Shown in pieces: positions 61,871-64,000 of a stretch of DNA of 64,000 bases. The first letter of the stretch is position 1. Each line of letters begins with the position of its first letter. The notes beneath the pieces were generated by a model. It was not told the DNA's origin. It searched no databases and saw nothing but the letters and a program-made list of their open reading frames with translations. A program made the translations under genes and the position numbers. The stretch comes from Alphaproteobacteria bacterium (GTDB lineage: Bacteria; Pseudomonadota; Alphaproteobacteria; UBA828), in NCBI GenBank assembly GCA_965220745.1, contig CBDCQT010000012.1, forward strand, positions 160,001-224,000, written 5' to 3'.

Positions 61871-62325
61871 CGTTTTTTTCCCCGCGCGAGGGCGCGATCG
61901 ATGCTGCTGCGATGGATCGAGATGCCGAAGCGTTCGCGCACGAACTCGACCAGCGCGGCGGCGGTCAACTCCGGCTGTTCGCTCTTCGCCGCCTGCAACG
62001 CCTCGACCACCTCGTCGCTGAGCTTGTGCGGCCGGCGCGGACCCGGCCGATCCGGTAGCAGCCCCGGCAGCCCGCCGGCGTCGTAGGCGCGCTGCGCCTG
62101 ATACCAGGTGGGCCGCGAGACGCCGAAGCTGGCGGCGGCGTGGCTCACCGTCACGCCGTCCTCGCGCACCCGGCGCAGCATCTCGTACCTGACCTGGAGC
62201 AGGTCGCGCGGGTCGAAGAACTCGTTCGACAGGAACAGCTCGTCGCGCACCGACTCCGCGCGCGGGTTCAGGCAGCCGTGCTCCTTGAGGGAGCGGGACT
62301 TGGCATCGGCGGGGCGTCTGGCCAT
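61867..62325 (-). CDS. helix-turn-helix domain protein of the serine-recombinase element
   Basis: FFDPRDLLQVRYEMLR, AAASFGVSRPTWY, GLPGLLPDRPGPR, IHRSSIDRAL. Confidence 0.85.
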   Translation of the reverse strand: MARRPADAKSRSLKEHGCLNPRAESVRDELFLSNEFFDPRDLLQVRYEMLRRVREDGVTVSHAAASFGVSRPTWYQAQRAYDAGGLPGLLPDRPGPRRPHKLSDEVVEALQAAKSEQPELTAAALVEFVRERFGISIHRSSIDRALARGKKR

Positions 62326-62506
62326 TGCACGGGCTCCATCGGAAAGGGAATGTAAATATATTTATACAACTTCCCAGAGCCCAATCAATCCCCCTCTCCC
62401 TGCCTGTCGCCGAAAACGTACAGAACTTCCCCATGTATGCGCCACTCCTTGCCGTCTCCCGGCCGCCGTGACGCCATGTCCCCGCCATTCATGCGCAACA
62501 ATATCA

Positions 62507-62812
62507 TTACACATGCGGCAAAATCTCCTTGGCAGTCTCCGCCCCGTCGTCGCTCTCCCGCATAGTGCGGGCGTCCCCGTCCAGGCTGTCCAGCAATGCC
62601 GCCAGCGCAAGCAGGTCCGAGACGCGGAACGCCGACCGGCCCGCCGCTACCCTCACAAACGGATCCGCCGCCGCGGCGCTCGTAAACGCCTGCCGAATCG
62701 TCCGCAGCGCTCCATCGTCAGCCGTGTAATGAACCAGCCCCACCCCCAGCACCGACGTGGTCTCGATCAGTTCGAACTCACGTCCGTGAAGCGGATGAAA
62801 CGGGTGCGTCAC
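62507..62812 (-). CDS. DUF5372 (Y4bD/Y4pK-like) family protein
   Basis: THPFHPLHGREFEL...DPFV...GRSAFRVSDLLAL. Confidence 0.7.
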   Translation of the reverse strand: MTHPFHPLHGREFELIETTSVLGVGLVHYTADDGALRTIRQAFTSAAAADPFVRVAAGRSAFRVSDLLALAALLDSLDGDARTMRESDDGAETAKEILPHV

Positions 62813-62857
62813 CCGGACGAGCTGCCGCTCGACGCATCCGAGGGGTGCACTTGAATG

Positions 62858-63395
62858 CCCAGTCCCAGTGCCCGCACAATGGTTGCACCTATGCGCTCTG
62901 CCGCTGCCTCGATCTCACGGTCGCCGACATGGGCGTAGCGCAGCGTCATGCTCGGCCGCTTGTGGCCAAGCAGGCGCGAGACGACCGGGAGCGGGATGCC
63001 CTGCAGCACGGCGTGGCTCGCGAATGTGTGGCGCAGGTCGTGCAGGCGCACGTCCTCGATCCCGGCTTCCTTGCGCACCGAGTACCAGAGCGGCAAGTCG
63101 GAGCACAGTGGCCGGTCCGGATTGAGCGACGAGGGAAAGACGAAGGCGCTGCCCGACCGCGGCTGCCGCTCCAAGATGGCGCGGGCCGGCGCATTCAGCA
63201 GCACCTGTCTCGGTCCGGTCTTGGCGTCGACCAGATTGAGCGCATCTCCATCGACGTCCTGCCAGCGCAGGGTCACGATCTCGCTCTTGCGGCAGCCAGT
63301 CAGCAGCAGCAGGCGGATGATGTCGGCCTGTTGCGCGCGCGAGATCCGGTCTCCGGCATGGCGGTCCAGCTCGCGGTGAAGGCGGCGGATCTGCG
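62858..63395 (-). pseudogene. tyrosine integrase C-terminal half (family of the 22671-23834 gene)
   Basis: QIRRLHRELD...[18 protein letters not shown]...HDLRHTFASH...LGH...LRYAH. The N-terminus is missing and the last codons abut the serine-recombinase element. Confidence 0.85.
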
Positions 63396-64000
63396 CGGCA
63401 CGGTCGACGGCCTTCTCGCCAGGGACGAACGCTGGGCGTTCAACCGGAATCGGGTCGAGGCATTCCTCGTGCGGGCCGCGGAGGCCGAGCGTGCGCGGAA
63501 CGCTCTGACGCAGATGGACGTCACGACTTCGTCGTTCGAGGAGCGTCTGCAGGCCCGGCAGGACCATATCATTCTCGCCTCAACAATGCCTTAGCCTGTC
63601 CAACCGCCCCAAAGGGAGCATTGATTCCATTGGGGAAAATCGTGCGATGTCCAACCCAAATCCGGGGCGGGCCGATGAGCGTGCGCGCGATGGCCTGGGC
63701 CTTCGGGTGTCGAGCCAGCGCTCGATTTCGGCTGCAGTGGCCTCCTTGTCGCCAGTATAGATGCCGTTCAGCCGGGGTGCGGTGCCGGAGGCCTGCCCAC
63801 CGATCTGATCGGCGGCGCAGGCCCGCAACGAAAAGCTGAGTTTCTGGTGATTGAAAACTCCAGCGAGTCTCGAAGACCGACAAAAATGCTCTAGGATACG
63901 CACCTGCCAAGCGGCGAGGCCCGTCGTGCCCGCCGCGACATGACCGGTGAGCAACCTTCGCAGGAGAGGGAGAGAAAACCATGCGACTGCTCAAGATATG

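Larger units (their letters stand above)
56015..62857 (-). mobile_element. four-gene large-serine-recombinase element (DUF5372-like, HTH, hypothetical, recombinase); ends approximate
   Basis: Co-oriented genes, the last three translationally coupled; imperfect terminal IR with a TGCACC core (catactgcacctc ~56019; gaggggtgcacttg ~62840). Confidence 0.65.

Noticed and set aside
63396-64000. Short ORFs at the right edge (63580-63954, 63569-63994, and a + strand fragment near 63400-63594)
   Set aside because: No motif I can recognise; probably degraded sequence. Left uncalled.

Overview
GC-rich, probably alphaproteobacterial window (taxonomy inferred from gene style only). It has two layers. (1) A large catabolic region for N-methylated, quaternary and aromatic amines or amides: N,N-dimethylformamidase-like small and large subunits, a choline/carnitine-type Rieske oxygenase with a NitT/TauT ABC transporter, a GFA protein, a ring-hydroxylating dioxygenase alpha/beta pair, three trimethylamine/histamine-dehydrogenase-family paralogs with different active sites, a dimethylglycine-dehydrogenase-like protein, a choline kinase, a PhyH dioxygenase and several ABC binding proteins. 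No transcription-factor gene was recognised in this region. (2) A mobile, eroding layer: an intact tandem pair of Arm-type tyrosine integrases plus two remnants of the same family, a type IIG-like restriction-modification gene cleanly split by IS1380 (CTAA duplication), IS5/IS630 debris, several gene fragments, and a three-level nest at the right end (tyrosine integrase < large-serine-recombinase element < RIT element). The most unusual structure is the RIT right end. It carries an extra, inverted copy of the 6-bp target sequence, forming a perfect 12-8-12 recombination-site-like palindrome. No rRNA, tRNA or CRISPR array was seen. Family calls come from motif recognition by eye, not from database searches.
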